This document shows positions 12,464 through 24,620 of a stretch of DNA of 64,000 nucleotides, piece after piece. The stretch's first letter is position 1, and each line of letters opens with the position of its first letter. The position numbers were made by a program, and so were the translations under genes. The notes beneath the pieces are model-generated. The model worked only from the letters and a program-made list of their open reading frames with translations. It was not told the origin of the DNA and ran no database searches. The DNA is taken from contig NC_068986.1 of NCBI RefSeq assembly GCF_001194135.2, positions 77,505,453 through 77,569,452 of the forward strand, read 5' to 3'. The DNA is from Octopus bimaculoides (taxonomy: Eukaryota).

Positions 12464-13739
12464 TTAACCCTTTTGTATTTAGATTATCTGTTTAAATGTT
12501 GTGCTTATTGATTCACATTGTTTTCACTCAGAGTAAAAGGCAGACTGTATGATGCATGCGTACGAACAACCATGCTACATGGCAGTGAAACATGGGCTGT
12601 AACTGCTGAGGACATACGTAAGCTCGCAAGGAATGAAGCCAGTATGCTCCGTTGGATGTGTAATGTCAATGTGAATACCCGTCAGAGTGTAAGTATCTTG
12701 AGAGAAAAGCTGAACATTAGAAGCATCAGTTGTGGCGTGCAAGAGAGACGATTGCGCTGGTATGGACATGTGGTGAGAATGGATGAGGATAGCTGCGTGA
12801 AAAAGTGCCACACCCTAACNNNNNNNNNNNNNNNNNNNNNNNNNNNNNNNNNNNNNNNNNNNNNNNNNNNNNNNNNNNNNNNNNNNNNNNNNNNNNNNNN
12901 NNNNNNNNNNNNNNNNNNNNNNNNNNNNNNNNNNNNNNNNNNNNNNNNNNNNNNNNNNNNNNNNNNNNNNNNNNNNNNNNNNNNNNNNNNNNNNNNNNNN
13001 NNNNNNNNNNNNNNNNNNNNNNNNNNNNNNNNNNNNNNNNNNNNNNNNNNNNNNNNNNNNNNNNNNNNNNNNNNNNNNNNNNNNNNNNNNNNNNNNNNNN
13101 NNNNNNNNNNNNNNNNNNNNNNNNNNNNNNNNNNNNNNNNNNNNNNNNNNNNNNNNNNNNNNNNNNNNNNNNNNNNNNNNNNNNNNNNNNNNNNNNNNNN
13201 NNNNNNNNNNNNNNNNNNNNNNNNNNNNNNNNNNNNNNNNNNNNNNNNNNNNNNNNNNNNNNNNNNNNNNNNNNNNNNNNNNNNNNNNNNNNNNNNNNNN
13301 NNNNNNNNNNNNNNNNNNNNNNNNNNNNNNNNNNNNNNNNNNNNNNNNNNNNNNNNNNNNNNNNNNNNNNNNNNNNNNNNNNNNNNNNNNNNNNNNNNNN
13401 NNNNNNNNNNNNNNNNNNNNNNNNNNNNNNNNNNNNNNNNNNNNNNNNNNNNNNNNNNNNNNNNNNNNNNNNNNNNNNNNNNNNNNNNNNNNNNNNNNNN
13501 NNNNNNNNNNNNNNNNNNNNNNNNNNNNNNNNNNNNNNNNNNNNNNNNNNNNNTGATGATGATGATTGTTTTGAATTAATCATGCGTTATCTTGTAACTT
13601 CGAGATTTCAATGATGTGACTATCTATTTTTAGAATGACATTGGAAGGTAGATGTAAGAAGCTGGATCTGACTAGTTTGCACATAAACGTGGTAGAATAT
13701 ATGGGCTACATATGACCAGTTGAAATGCTAAAAGGTTAA
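12464..13739. mobile_element. TTAA-flanked (piggyBac-type) MITE interrupted by a LINE
   Basis: Begins TTAAccctttt at 12464 and ends aaaaggTTAA at 13739. Confidence 0.6.
12525..13564 (+). mobile_element. 5'-truncated RTE LINE with (GAT)n tail and 8-bp TSD; middle lies in a gap
   Basis: Uninterrupted frame SLRVKGRLYDACVRTTMLHGSETWAVT...RRLRWYGHVVRM. TSD attgtttt at 12517-12524 and 13565-13572. Confidence 0.88.
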
Positions 13740-15976
13740 TACAACATCATGTATAATATATGTAACATTCAGCAATTAACAGCTGATACCCATGTGTTGA
13801 AACAATTGTAGTGATATGTAATGAAGCTTGTTCAATAAATTTTCTAGTCTTAATTTTTTTGTTTATATTCTGCCGACATTTGTGGATTTCCACATGTACA
13901 TCCAGTAACAGGTGAAGTCCTACTGTATAATAACATTTGGTAGCCAATACCTGGAGAGGAGCTTTGAGAGCACACTGTATGTTTCTAACCCAGATTATGT
14001 TGAAATATATACATTTATATACATGCCCACATACATATATACCTACCTACCTACCTACCTACCTACCTACCTACCTACCTACCTACCTACCTACCTACCT
14101 ACATACATACATACATACATACATACATACACACACAATACATATACACACATATACACAGATACACATATATAGACATAGATACACACATGTTTGCATG
14201 CACATACATACACATTATTGAAGTACATCTGGTTTTTATGAAATATGAAACCACTGTATCAGATATTAGAACATTCCAAAAATCATGTTAACAATGGCTG
14301 TGATCTTTGTCTTTCTGAGAAAGCAAACATATTACTCCATAGGAATTAAACAGCCATTCTGAGCTAATATTTAAGTCATGCAAACTTGTGAAGGTTTAAT
14401 GATAATTTCTAATTTAGGTACAAAGCCATCAACTACACTGACCCAAGTACTTGACCAGGACTTTATTTAACCAACCCTGGAGGGGAGAAAGGCAAAAATT
14501 GATCTTAGCAGTATTTGAACTCAGAATGTAAAGAGGTGGAACTAATACTGCAAGGCATTTTGTCTGATGCTCTAATGATTTTGCAAATCCATTGCTCTTC
14601 AAAGTTTTAATAATAAATAATAAAAACAAATAGATATGATAACAAGATCCCCTTCCACATCTCTTTACTGAGGATTCTATTATATTCCAGGTGTTGTATT
14701 GATTAACCAGATTGGATTATTATTTTTTTTAACAATTCCTGACAAGAACACAAACAACATCAACTGCATGTGCCTGTCAGCTGTGTTACAGTTATTCAGA
14801 ATCAACTTCAGAGAAAATTCTTGTTCAAATTATAGAACTGATAATTATAGCATAATTAATTGATAATTATAATTATACAGTAGGTTAGAATCAAGAGGTT
14901 TAAATATATTTTTGCATCTAATTTACTGAAAATTTGAGATGCAATGATTTTCAAGACAATTCTAGGCAAAAATAGGTAATAACTGCTACTATGTGTTCAT
15001 GGCAGATAGGTTTCTTATTTTCGTAAAGTAGAATGAATTCAATGAAAATACAGCATTATTGGTTCTCAACCAGCATTTTCAAAATACTATAATTTATTAG
15101 TGTATTACATTTCCTTTGCTTAATAATATATTTCTCTTATAGGAAGGACATTCAGCCATAGTAACCATGCTAAATCAGACTGGAGTCTGGTGCAGCCATC
15201 CAGCTTGCTAGCTCTGATCATACCATCCAACCTATGCCAGCATGGATAAGGGACATTAAATGATGATGATGATGTAGGTACAAGCACTTATAGGTGCAGA
15301 CAAGACTGTGTGGTTGAGAAGTCTGTTTCCCAACTATATGTTGGTGTCTTGGGCAAGTGTCTGCTATTATCGCCTTGGGCCAACCTAAGCCTTGTGAGTG
15401 GATTTGGTAGATGGAAACTGAAAGAAGCCTGTCATATGGGTGTGTTCATGTGTGTGTGTGGGGGGGGGATGCGTGTATGTTTGTGTTTCCTTGTTTTGAC
15501 ATCGTGAGAATGAATATAATTCATTGCCAATATTCTGTGGAAAGAAGTCTGGTCATGAGTAGATATTACCTTGCTAGGAAACAGATAAGTGTTGCTGACA
15601 GGAAGAGCATCCACCTGTAAAAGACCTGTGTCAATAAACTCTGCTTGACCCATGCAAGCATGGACTTGACTTTAAATGATAATGATGATCACAATAACTA
15701 AAGCAAGGATGGATAGTTGGAGACAAACATACATACAAATGTATATGAGGACTGTCCACTTGTATCTAAAGAAGACCATTGCCAACTAAAGGGATTCCAG
15801 TAATGTTCATATGGAATTTTAGGTCCAATGAAGCTTGCACAATATAACATGGGTCCTTTCTACCCTATTGGCATGATTTAGAGACAAGCTGAAGAAAGAT
15901 ATCTGGTGGCAATAAAAGTCAGTCTGTGGAGAATGTGGAAGCTTCGTCATCCTATCTGTTATTGGAAATCTCACAG

Positions 15977-16218
15977 GTACATACATGCATACATATATAC
16001 ATACATGCATACATGCATACATACATGCATGCATGCATGCATACATACATACGTACATACATACATATATACATACATGCATGCATGCATGCATACATAC
16101 ATACATGCATGCATACATACATACATGCATACATACATACATACATACACACATGCATACATGCATATATACATGCATACATACATACATACATACATAC
16201 ATACATACATACATACAT
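15977..16218. repeat. (TACA)n/(TGCA)n compound microsatellite
   Basis: Direct inspection. Confidence 0.9.
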
Positions 16219-16367
16219 AAAGTGTCTATGTTGAACTGATGAGAAACTGCTGATATTCCATTCAGACTATAGCTTTATAGTTCTATCTCTAATTATTGCA
16301 ACACTTAGTTACATGACTAATTCCTTCAGTACCAATCTTGAAAAATAGTTAAAAAAACATGTCTTAC

Positions 16368-16489
16368 TTTCATGATTCCATTCCAGTTATCTCCTGTTGC
16401 AATTTGGAATAAAGTGAGAAATGCCATTCCAAAATGCCTAAAATGTGCATGATCCCCGAGTCCTTCACATGGATGTTCTTCTGAGCAAT
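16368..16489 (-). CDS. Cav3 (CACNA1G/H/I-like): Cav3 exon: domain IV turret, pore helix and selectivity filter (122 nt, phase 1 to 0); not in the ORF track
   Basis: cacaacAG|AT TGC ... ATG AAA|GTaaga. Encodes (D)[45 protein letters not shown] supplies the domain IV Asp of the EEDD filter typical of T-type channels. Confidence 0.97.
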
Positions 16490-17369
16490 CTGTTGTGAAA
16501 ACAACAAATAAAATTTAAAATATTAGTAGCACTTTAAAAAAATAGCAAAAAAAAAATGTTTTTTGTTGTTAAAAAAGCAACAAAAGACTGGCATTGCAAA
16601 CAAGCAAACAATATATTCATCCATCTAACCCCACCATCCATCCACCTTTCCACCCCCTCCATTCACTCACCTATCCATCCATCCATCCACCCATCCATCC
16701 ATCCATCCGCCCATCAATCTGTCCATGCATGCATGCATGCATGCATCCATCAAGTCAGCTTTCCAGCCATTCATTGATTGATGTGTCCAATGATCAATTT
16801 ATACAATAGTTAATTGACCCATTCATCAATTGATCAATTCATCTATACATTGATTGAATCATCACTTGATACTTTCATCCACCCTTTGATCTTTCCAGCT
16901 TTCCAGACATCTATCTTCTAGTCCTTCATTCTGTCTGTCTGACTGCCTGCCTGCCTGCCTGTCTATTTGCCTGCCTGTCTATTTGCCTGCTTGTCTGTTT
17001 GCCTGCCTGCTTGTCTGTTCATCTGTCTGATTGTCTAACCTGCCATTCATTATGATATATGAGTAGCCAGTACCAAACCTTGCTCAGGTTTATAGAAAGT
17101 ATTAAAAAAATTCATACAGCCTATGGTGTCCATCATGCAAAGATGTGCTCTTAAGTAAATTTCAGCTCCCTGGGTACAATTCTGTATCCTACAATTTGGA
17201 ACATACACACTTACATATATTAAACCATACATACATATATTAAACCATACATACATATAATGATTTGGGATAGAGAAGAGAAACTGTGCACAGTTGTGAA
17301 AATTAGCTACCCAGCGGATGTTAACATAAAAGCTGAAGATCAGTGAAAAAGAGAACACCTATACTGAAC

Positions 17370-17790
17370 TACTGAGAAATTTGCAGTTACTGTATCCAGA
17401 TTACAAATTCAGGTTTATACCTGTAATTATTGGGGCTCTGGGATATGTAACACACTGCTTAAATACCAAACTTGAGAAATTAGACTTCTCAAAACCAGAG
17501 AGGAGAAAGCTAATTCGACAACTACAGATCAAATCCATCACTGGAACTTTAAAAATCTGTAAAACTTTCCAGAAGATTATTATTTATCATTTAAATATAT
17601 GAGAATGTTTAGATATGCAACTATATGCATGAGAATCCAAACATAAAAACATACAAATCTGTATATACATGCATACATACAAACAAACAAACACACCCTG
17701 TTGTTGATGTTGAAATTCCAATGAAGGAGCCTTGGATCTTGGTTAGAAACCGGGTCTTTCTCTATTGGCAAGAAATCTTAAAATAAACTG
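17370..17790 (+). mobile_element. 3' end of a non-LTR element with restriction-like (REL) endonuclease tail (R4/Dong-like)
   Basis: NLQLLYPDYKFRFIPVIIGALG...ITGTLKICKTF, then a 3' UTR and (TACA)n. The IP.IIGALG motif is typical of REL-type LINE C-termini. Confidence 0.65.
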
Positions 17791-18280
17791 AATAATGACA
17801 TACATACATACATACATACATACATACATACATACATACATCCATCAATACATACATGCATACAATCAAAAGTCCAGGAAAAAATGCATTAGTGGTGAAT
17901 TAATGCAGAACTTACAGCTCTTGTATTTTAACTATAAATTCTCATATTCTGATTATAAATTCTACAAATTAGGCAATGTACCTATAAATTTACACAAAAT
18001 CCAAGAAATACATTTTTTTTAAGACAGAGGAAAATACCTGATGTGGATTCTCCAAATCCTTTCTATTAGTTGTACAGTGAAGATGTGTAAAGACATTCCA
18101 GAGATTCTCCATCTGAGATTCTTTAGGTGAATAACATAGCAACAGTTCAACCAACACATCAACTCAACCATATATTTACAAACACTGGGAACTCTCTTAA
18201 CCCAAGATGTCTTGTTGCTTTGTTAGCAACTGGTTTGAACTATTTTAAGAACTTAAATAAAGCTCAAAGAAAAACATACA

Positions 18281-18810
18281 TATATTAACTGTTTATCTCT
18301 AAACATTTTCCTGTTACTGTTTCTGTAAACTGGTGAAAATTCTCTATGGCTTTTACCTGATCTGTTAATGATCTATTACTTCACAACTCAATCATTTCTC
18401 AGCAGGGGTGGTATTTCACCATGACCTAACCTGTCAGTAGATGAGATATTTTACCAATTCTCTAATCTGTCAGTATGTTTCATAGCTCATTAATTAATCA
18501 ATCTGTTAGCTGTGTAGCACCTTATAAGTTACCTGATCTGTCAGTAGGTGTGAAATCTCATTTGTCAGAAGGTATGATATGCCACCTGTTACTTTCTTAG
18601 TCAGAAGGTATGATATCTTACCTGTTATTTAATCTGTTAGATGTGATATTTTGCTTGTTATCGCATCTAGCAAAAGATGTGATATCATCCTAGTTATGTA
18701 CTCTGTTAGAAAGTGTAATATTTTACATGCTAATTAATCTGTCAGTGTGTGTGATATTCACCTGTTACCTAATCTGGCACATGATATGATATCTTTCCAG
18801 TTACCTATTC
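18281..18810. repeat. Degenerate ~36-bp minisatellite (~14 units)
   Basis: Units resemble gttacctaatctgtcagtaggtgtgatattttacct, e.g. 18528 gttacctgatctgtcagtaggtgtgaaatct and 18765 gttacctaatctggcacatgatatgatatct. Confidence 0.85.
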
Positions 18811-18929
18811 TTTCATAAATTTCTCATCAATCAAGGTTGACCTGGCTGGAGCAAGATTATTTGAAGATCAGTAGTTGCCCATACATATGAATCTCCACTC
18901 ACAACACCATCAATATCTATCCGAAAGTG

Positions 18930-19255
18930 AAGGCAAATGGCTTAGTGGTTAGAGTATTCAGCTCATGATCATAAGGTCATGAGTCTGATTCCCAGCAAAG
19001 CATTGTGTCTTTGAGCAAGAAACTTTATTTTATGTTGCTCCAGTCCATTCAATTGGTAAAAATGAGTAGTACCTGTATTTCAAAGGGCCAGCCTTATCAC
19101 ATTCTGTGTCATGCTGAATCTCCCTGAGAACTACATTAAGAGTATGCTTGTCTGTGGAGTGCTCTGCTACTTGCATGTTAATTTCACGAGCAGGCTGTTC
19201 TGTTGATCAATTCAACTGGAACCCTTGTCATCGTAACTGACGGAATGCCAGTATT
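18930..19255 (+). mobile_element. Long tRNA-derived SINE (related copies ~61520-61860 +, ~8760-9080 -, 5' part ~28750)
   Basis: tRNA-like head (ggcttagtggttagag...gagtctgattccc) and shared body gctccagtccactcagctgg...ccctgagaactac. Confidence 0.75.
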
Positions 19256-19419
19256 TACCCAGAAGACATTGGTCCTCTCCAAAAAGTTTTCACAGTGCCT
19301 TTGTGCAAGAAATGCAGGTACTGGTACATTTATGTGCCAGCTTCAGCATTCAAACCTCAGAAGAGGAGACATTGGTAAAAAGCCAAACTTGCTATCTTTG
19401 ATTTGATTTTTGTGCCTAA

Positions 19420-19870
19420 CATCATCTATGATCATGAATGTTATGTAATGATCAAAAGAGTATGATTGTGAGTACAAATGGCTGAAATGGTGCTCCTCTG
19501 AAGGATCTCTGGAATAACACCACTTGACTAGGTGTGTAGGTCAGAGATCAGAGTCTCTCCAGGTCAAGCTGCTACTTCTCCACATTGAGCACTCACAACT
19601 CCAGTACTACAGACATGTAGATAGAATGCTGCAGGAAAGGATTGTAAGACAGGTTCTTTAAGCCAAGTCAGTTGGCAGGAAACCTAGGGGTAGACCACAT
19701 GCATAATGGCTGGATAATATCTGTAGTCTCACTAGGTCATGCTTGGAAATCCAGCAGGAAAGGTTAATGACAGTTGCTTCTGATAGGACCCTATGGAGAA
19801 GGTGCCTGAGGATTTTACCCCTACAAGCTTCTCAGGAACAGTGAGTGGTAAAACGGAATGGATAGAAAGG
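19420..19870 (+). mobile_element. Degraded RTE-type LINE 3' end (related remnant ~55700-56010)
   Basis: SQLQYYRHVDRMLQERIVRQVL*...RGRP..WLDNI...DRTLWR resembles the QLRW.GHV.RM...GRP...DR..WR motif. Confidence 0.7.
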
Positions 19871-20248
19871 CCTCTGACTTAAACTGATATAGATTGGCAC
19901 CAGTGTTGATGCAGGTGTTGCAGTCAGAAAGGGAAGAACCAAGAATCTTATCTGGCCCTCAAACAGTCTCACTAATTGAGTGAAAGAATGAAAAGTAAAG
20001 TTGATCTCAAAAGGGTTTGAACTCAGAGCACAGTGAGTTGGAATTGATACTACAAAACATTCTGTCCAACATTATATCAACTCTGTCAGTTCTCCATCAT
20101 CTAATCTGCCAGTTTGTGTGGTATAACACCATTTACCCAATCTCTCTACATGTATTGTATGATGTTGTTGTATCATCAGTCAATATGTGTGATATCTTGA
20201 TATATGTGAAACTAGTAGTCAGATGTGATATATTACTGTTAATCTTAC

Positions 20249-20398
20249 CTAATCTTCCAAACAGCTCAACTCCAAGAGCAGCAAAAATAAAAAATAGTAA
20301 AAAAAATAATAGGCCAAGATTTCCAACTTGTGGTAGGGCTTGCATCACAGTATCTAGCAAGGCACGGATTCCTTTTGCCATTTTCAAGAGTTTTAGAA
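20249..20398 (-). CDS. Cav3 (CACNA1G/H/I-like): Cav3 exon: end of IVS4, S4-S5 linker, IVS5 (150 nt, phase 1 to 1)
   Basis: ttttcAG|TT CTA AAA ... AGA TTA G|GTaaga. Encodes (V)[49 protein letters not shown], a Cav3-diagnostic sequence. Confidence 0.97.
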
Positions 20399-20957
20399 CT
20401 GAAAATAATATAAAAATAGAAAAATTAGAATTTCATTAGATTTTTAAAAAGGGTGATGATAAGAATGATGTTGATAGTTCTTTCTAAATTTGGCACAATG
20501 CCAGCAATTTTTGAGGGGAGGGGTAAGTTAATTACATCGACTTCAGTACTTAGCTGATACTTTATTTTATTCATGTTGAAAGGATGAAAACCATAGTTGT
20601 CCTGGACAGGATTTGAACTCAGAACAGAAAGAGCCACAAGAAATGTTGCTAAGCATTTTGTCCAATACTTTAACAATTCTGCTCGCTTGCTGCCTAAAGT
20701 ACAATGTTCCTAGTGATGTGAATGTCTCATGAAGAAAGACATTTTGTAGTCTGAGATTTAATTTAAGTGTGGAAAACAAATGAGGGAGAGAAATAATCAA
20801 ATAAGCTTATATGACTGTGTTCTAAGAAGCTTATTTCTCAACCATATAGTTCCAGGTTCAGTCCCAAAGCACTTTGAGCAAGTGGCTTCTGCTATAACCT
20901 CAGGCTAACCAAAGCCTTGTGAGTGGATTTGGTAGATGGACACTGAAAGAAGCCTGC

Positions 20958-21010
<53 letters not shown>

Positions 21011-21019
<9 letters not shown>

Positions 21020-21357
21020 TTAATCATAAGAACACATTAAAATGTCTACCCACTAGAAATGAGAGTTAAAATCCTCATTTGGACCACCAAAAATAGGTGT
21101 TTCAAAGGGTTAAGGTGTGCTGAAGAAGGTAAGATTTTTGTATCAAATTAGAAATCAGTCCACATATATACCTGTATCATTAAATGTATAGCTTTATGCT
21201 ATATAGGTATGTGAGAGATTTTTTCTGATCCACTTGCTCGTATACTGTTGAATCTGTTATTTTCAGTGATAATTTTTATGATGGTCCAAATGAGGATTTT
21301 AACTCTCATTTCTAGCGGGTACACACTTTACTGTGTCTTCATGATAAATATAATTTT
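21011..21357. mobile_element. MITE with ~76-bp terminal inverted repeats and possible TA TSD
   Basis: 21011-21086 vs 21282-21357, with a perfect core ctagaaatgagagttaaaatcctcatttggacca. Confidence 0.75.
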
Positions 21358-21504
21358 AATTTGCTATATTGCTATATAATACTGATTTAAGCTTGCAACC
21401 ACCTATATTAATATAATTGTTATCAATTATTTGTATTGCCTTCGATAATGATAACAATATTAATATCTATATAAATATTTGCTTTTGAATACTTTGCTGC
21501 TGAT

Positions 21505-21542
<38 letters not shown>

Positions 21543-21904
21543 TGTTGTTTAATGTCTGCTTTCCGTGCTGGCGTGGGTTGGCTGGTTTGACTGAGTACTG
21601 GCAAACCAGAAGGCTGTACCAGGTTCCAATCTGATCTGGTAAGGTTTCTACAGCTGGATGCCCTTCCTAATGCCAACCACTCTGAGAGTGTAGTGGGTGC
21701 TTTTTACGTGCCACCGGCATGAGGGCCAGTTAGGCAGTACTGACATTGACCACACTTGAATGGCACTTTTTACGTGCACCGGTACAGGAGCCAGTTAGGT
21801 GGCACTGGCAGCGACCATGCTCGAATGGTGCTTTTTATGTGCCACCGGCATGGGAGCAAGTCAGGCAGCACTGGCATCGACCACGTTCGTATGGTGCCTT
21901 TTAC

Positions 21905-21969
<65 letters not shown>

Positions 21970-22159
21970 CTTTGTGTCTGTGTTTGTTCCCCACTACTGC
22001 TTGACAATCAATGCTGTTGTGTTTATGCTGGTGTGTTTATGTTGGTCTCCAGCAAAAGAGACCAACAGGATAAGTACCAGACTTAAGGAAGAAATGGTCA
22101 GTACTGGGGCTGATTCATATAGTTTAAGAAAATGAATTTTGTAGTCAAGAGATAGTTAC

Positions 22160-22290
22160 CTCTGGCAATTCGTAACACCCTCATGACACGAATGATTGTA
22201 GGGTTCATTGGAATTACATTACTTTCCATTTCTTCTAGAACTATTCCCACCACAGATAAAATCACAATTGCTGTATCTAACTGATTCCAA
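22160..22290 (-). CDS. Cav3 (CACNA1G/H/I-like): Cav3 exon: IVS3 and first half of the S4 voltage sensor (131 nt, phase 2 to 1)
   Basis: tttgcAG|T TGG AAT ... GCC AGA G|GTaac. Encodes [43 protein letters not shown] with an RxxRxxRxxR periodicity. Confidence 0.97.
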
Positions 22291-23479
22291 CTGCAAATAG
22301 AAAAAGAGAAATAATGAGTAATGTATTTTAACATTGACATTCATTGGAAGTAGTTTACATTCATAGGATTGTGAGAGTGTGTACATAGAGATATAAATAT
22401 ATACAGATACATGTTTGAAAAGAGAGATTAGTTCATATACATACACACACATATAATTTGTATGTATATACACACATGCTCACATAGACATAGTTTCAAA
22501 CATAATGACGGTTGGTTGTTCATCTGGTTGGTTGTTCATCTGGTTGGTTGTTCATCTGGTTGGTTATATGTATTTATATGTGTGCATGTGTGTATGTTTG
22601 TTTGTGAAGTGTGTGAATGTGCTAATGTGAGCATGCCTGTATGTATTCATTAACTTTTACAAGTGAAAGGTTCATAGTGACTTCAAAGATTGCTCACTTT
22701 CATCAGGCAGTTCAATAAAGATGGCCAAGCTAAAACCTCACCATCACTATCAACCTCTTCCTTGCATCAGTTGATATTTACTCTACTAAACTGCATTGAG
22801 TAATCCTTCAGTTTATTAATGTTAAATTGTTTTTATATATAACTTGATATAAAAAGAAACATTTATATATAAGTAAGTAGTTAGGGTAAATTCCAGCTGT
22901 TTCCTCTTGAAACCCTTTAATGCTCTTAAACACTTCAGTAGGGAACATGTGGAAGGGGTGGACCCAGGAAGATGTGGGACAAAGTAGTGAGAAAGGATTT
23001 ACAGACATTAGGACTCACAGAGCAGATGTCAGGGGACTGAGACTACTGGCAATTTGCTGTACTTGAAAAGACACATCAAGCTAAGTAAAACATGGTTGCC
23101 GATGCATACAGGCTCATCCCCTGCAACCCTCTCCAGCTGAGAATCCCTGCTCTTGTGGGCTTGTAGGTGCTGGTGCCATGTAAAAAGCATCCATGCTAGT
23201 GCTGTGTAAAAGGATCCAGTACACCCTGTAAAGTAGTTGGCATTAGGAAGGGCATCCAGCCACTGAAACCATGCCAAAACAGACATGGAGCCTGAACAGC
23301 CCTTCAGCTGGTCAACTCCTGTCAAACTGTCTAACCCATGCCAACATGGAAAACGGATGTTAAATGATGATTTGTTACATGTCTATCTAACATGTAAAAC
23401 TTTGTAATTCCTATTAGCAAATGAAACATGTGTAATGATAAATAAATAATGCCCCCCAAATTTTCTATTTCCTGATTTG

Positions 23480-23532
<53 letters not shown>

Positions 23533-24620
23533 TACATACACATGTTTGTTAGTGAATAACTGTGCATTGCATGATTATGTGCATGTGCATATGTTTGGAG
23601 TTTCCTAGACCTGCAATACTTCCAAATATATGTCGACAGTATAAATCTGTACTGTTTTGTTATTGTTAATAAATTTAGAAATATACTCATTAAAAGTAGA
23701 AAATTTCTGTCCTTAAATATTCATTCAGAAATAGGGGTGCTTTGTAAGAATATATGCAGCTTTTCTTTGCAGTCAGTCACAGACAGAAATGGTTATAAAT
23801 GTTGCACATTAGTAAATTTCTCTACTTGCTTAAAGCAGAGGTGCTGTTAGCTGCATATAAAGAAAAATTCATAATCTGTACATATCTAGCAAGTCACTTT
23901 TAAATATTTCATGCATTTATTTCTTATATCTCTCCTGCTTGCTGTATCCAAATTCAAGAATTTCAAGTTATTCATCATTCTAAACTTTCCTAGAAATACA
24001 TATTTCTGGGAAAGTTTTTCAGACATCCTTAAATTCATATTTCAAGTTGTAATTCAATCCTTAAATTCATATTTCAAGTTGTAATTCAATCCAGTATTAC
24101 TGTTAATATTCCTCTATACATTAAATATCTGGGAATTTTGTTGTTATCTGTTACATTACTAGAGTGTTGCATGACCATTCTACAAAAGTTAAAATGTTTC
24201 TTCATGCTGTTCAGTGGCATATGTTCCATCATTAATCTTTTTAACAAAATTTTTGCTTAATTTTATTGTGTCTGGAGAGAGTCATTTTCTTTTAGTGCCT
24301 TATTATTTAACACACTCACTGGTTCGATTTCCACTCATTTACTTATCTATGTTTTCTAAAATTTTCATTGCGTCTTACAACCTTTTCAATAGTTGTTGAC
24401 TCTATCCTGAATGATATACTTTAGACACAGGTATGACCGTGTGGTTTCGAAGCTTTCTTTGTAACCATGTGGTTTCAGTTTCAGTCACACTGTGCAGCAC
24501 TCTCTTGGCATCTTGAACAAGTGTCTTCTACTATAGCCCAAGGATGACTAATGCCTTGTGAGTGAATTTAGTAGATGGAATCTGTGACAAGCTTATATGT
24601 ATGTATGTACATTGTTATTT

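Noticed and set aside
6945-13614. Long ORFs spanning X runs (also at 43549-44121, 46347-46946 and 51740-52480)
   Set aside because: They are artefacts of N gaps lacking stop codons.
18281-18810. ~36-bp periodic array as a CRISPR locus
   Set aside because: Units are degenerate and contiguous with no unique spacers, there are no cas genes, and the context is a eukaryotic intron.
18930-19010. tRNA genes at SINE heads (also 28750, 57690, 61520)
   Set aside because: They have A/B-box-like motifs but no full cloverleaf, and they continue into shared SINE bodies.
24027-24092. Perfect 32-bp tandem duplication; also a 16-bp repeat at ~49910-49985 and an 18-bp repeat at ~56020-56090
   Set aside because: These are ordinary slippage products with no link to splice sites or other structure.
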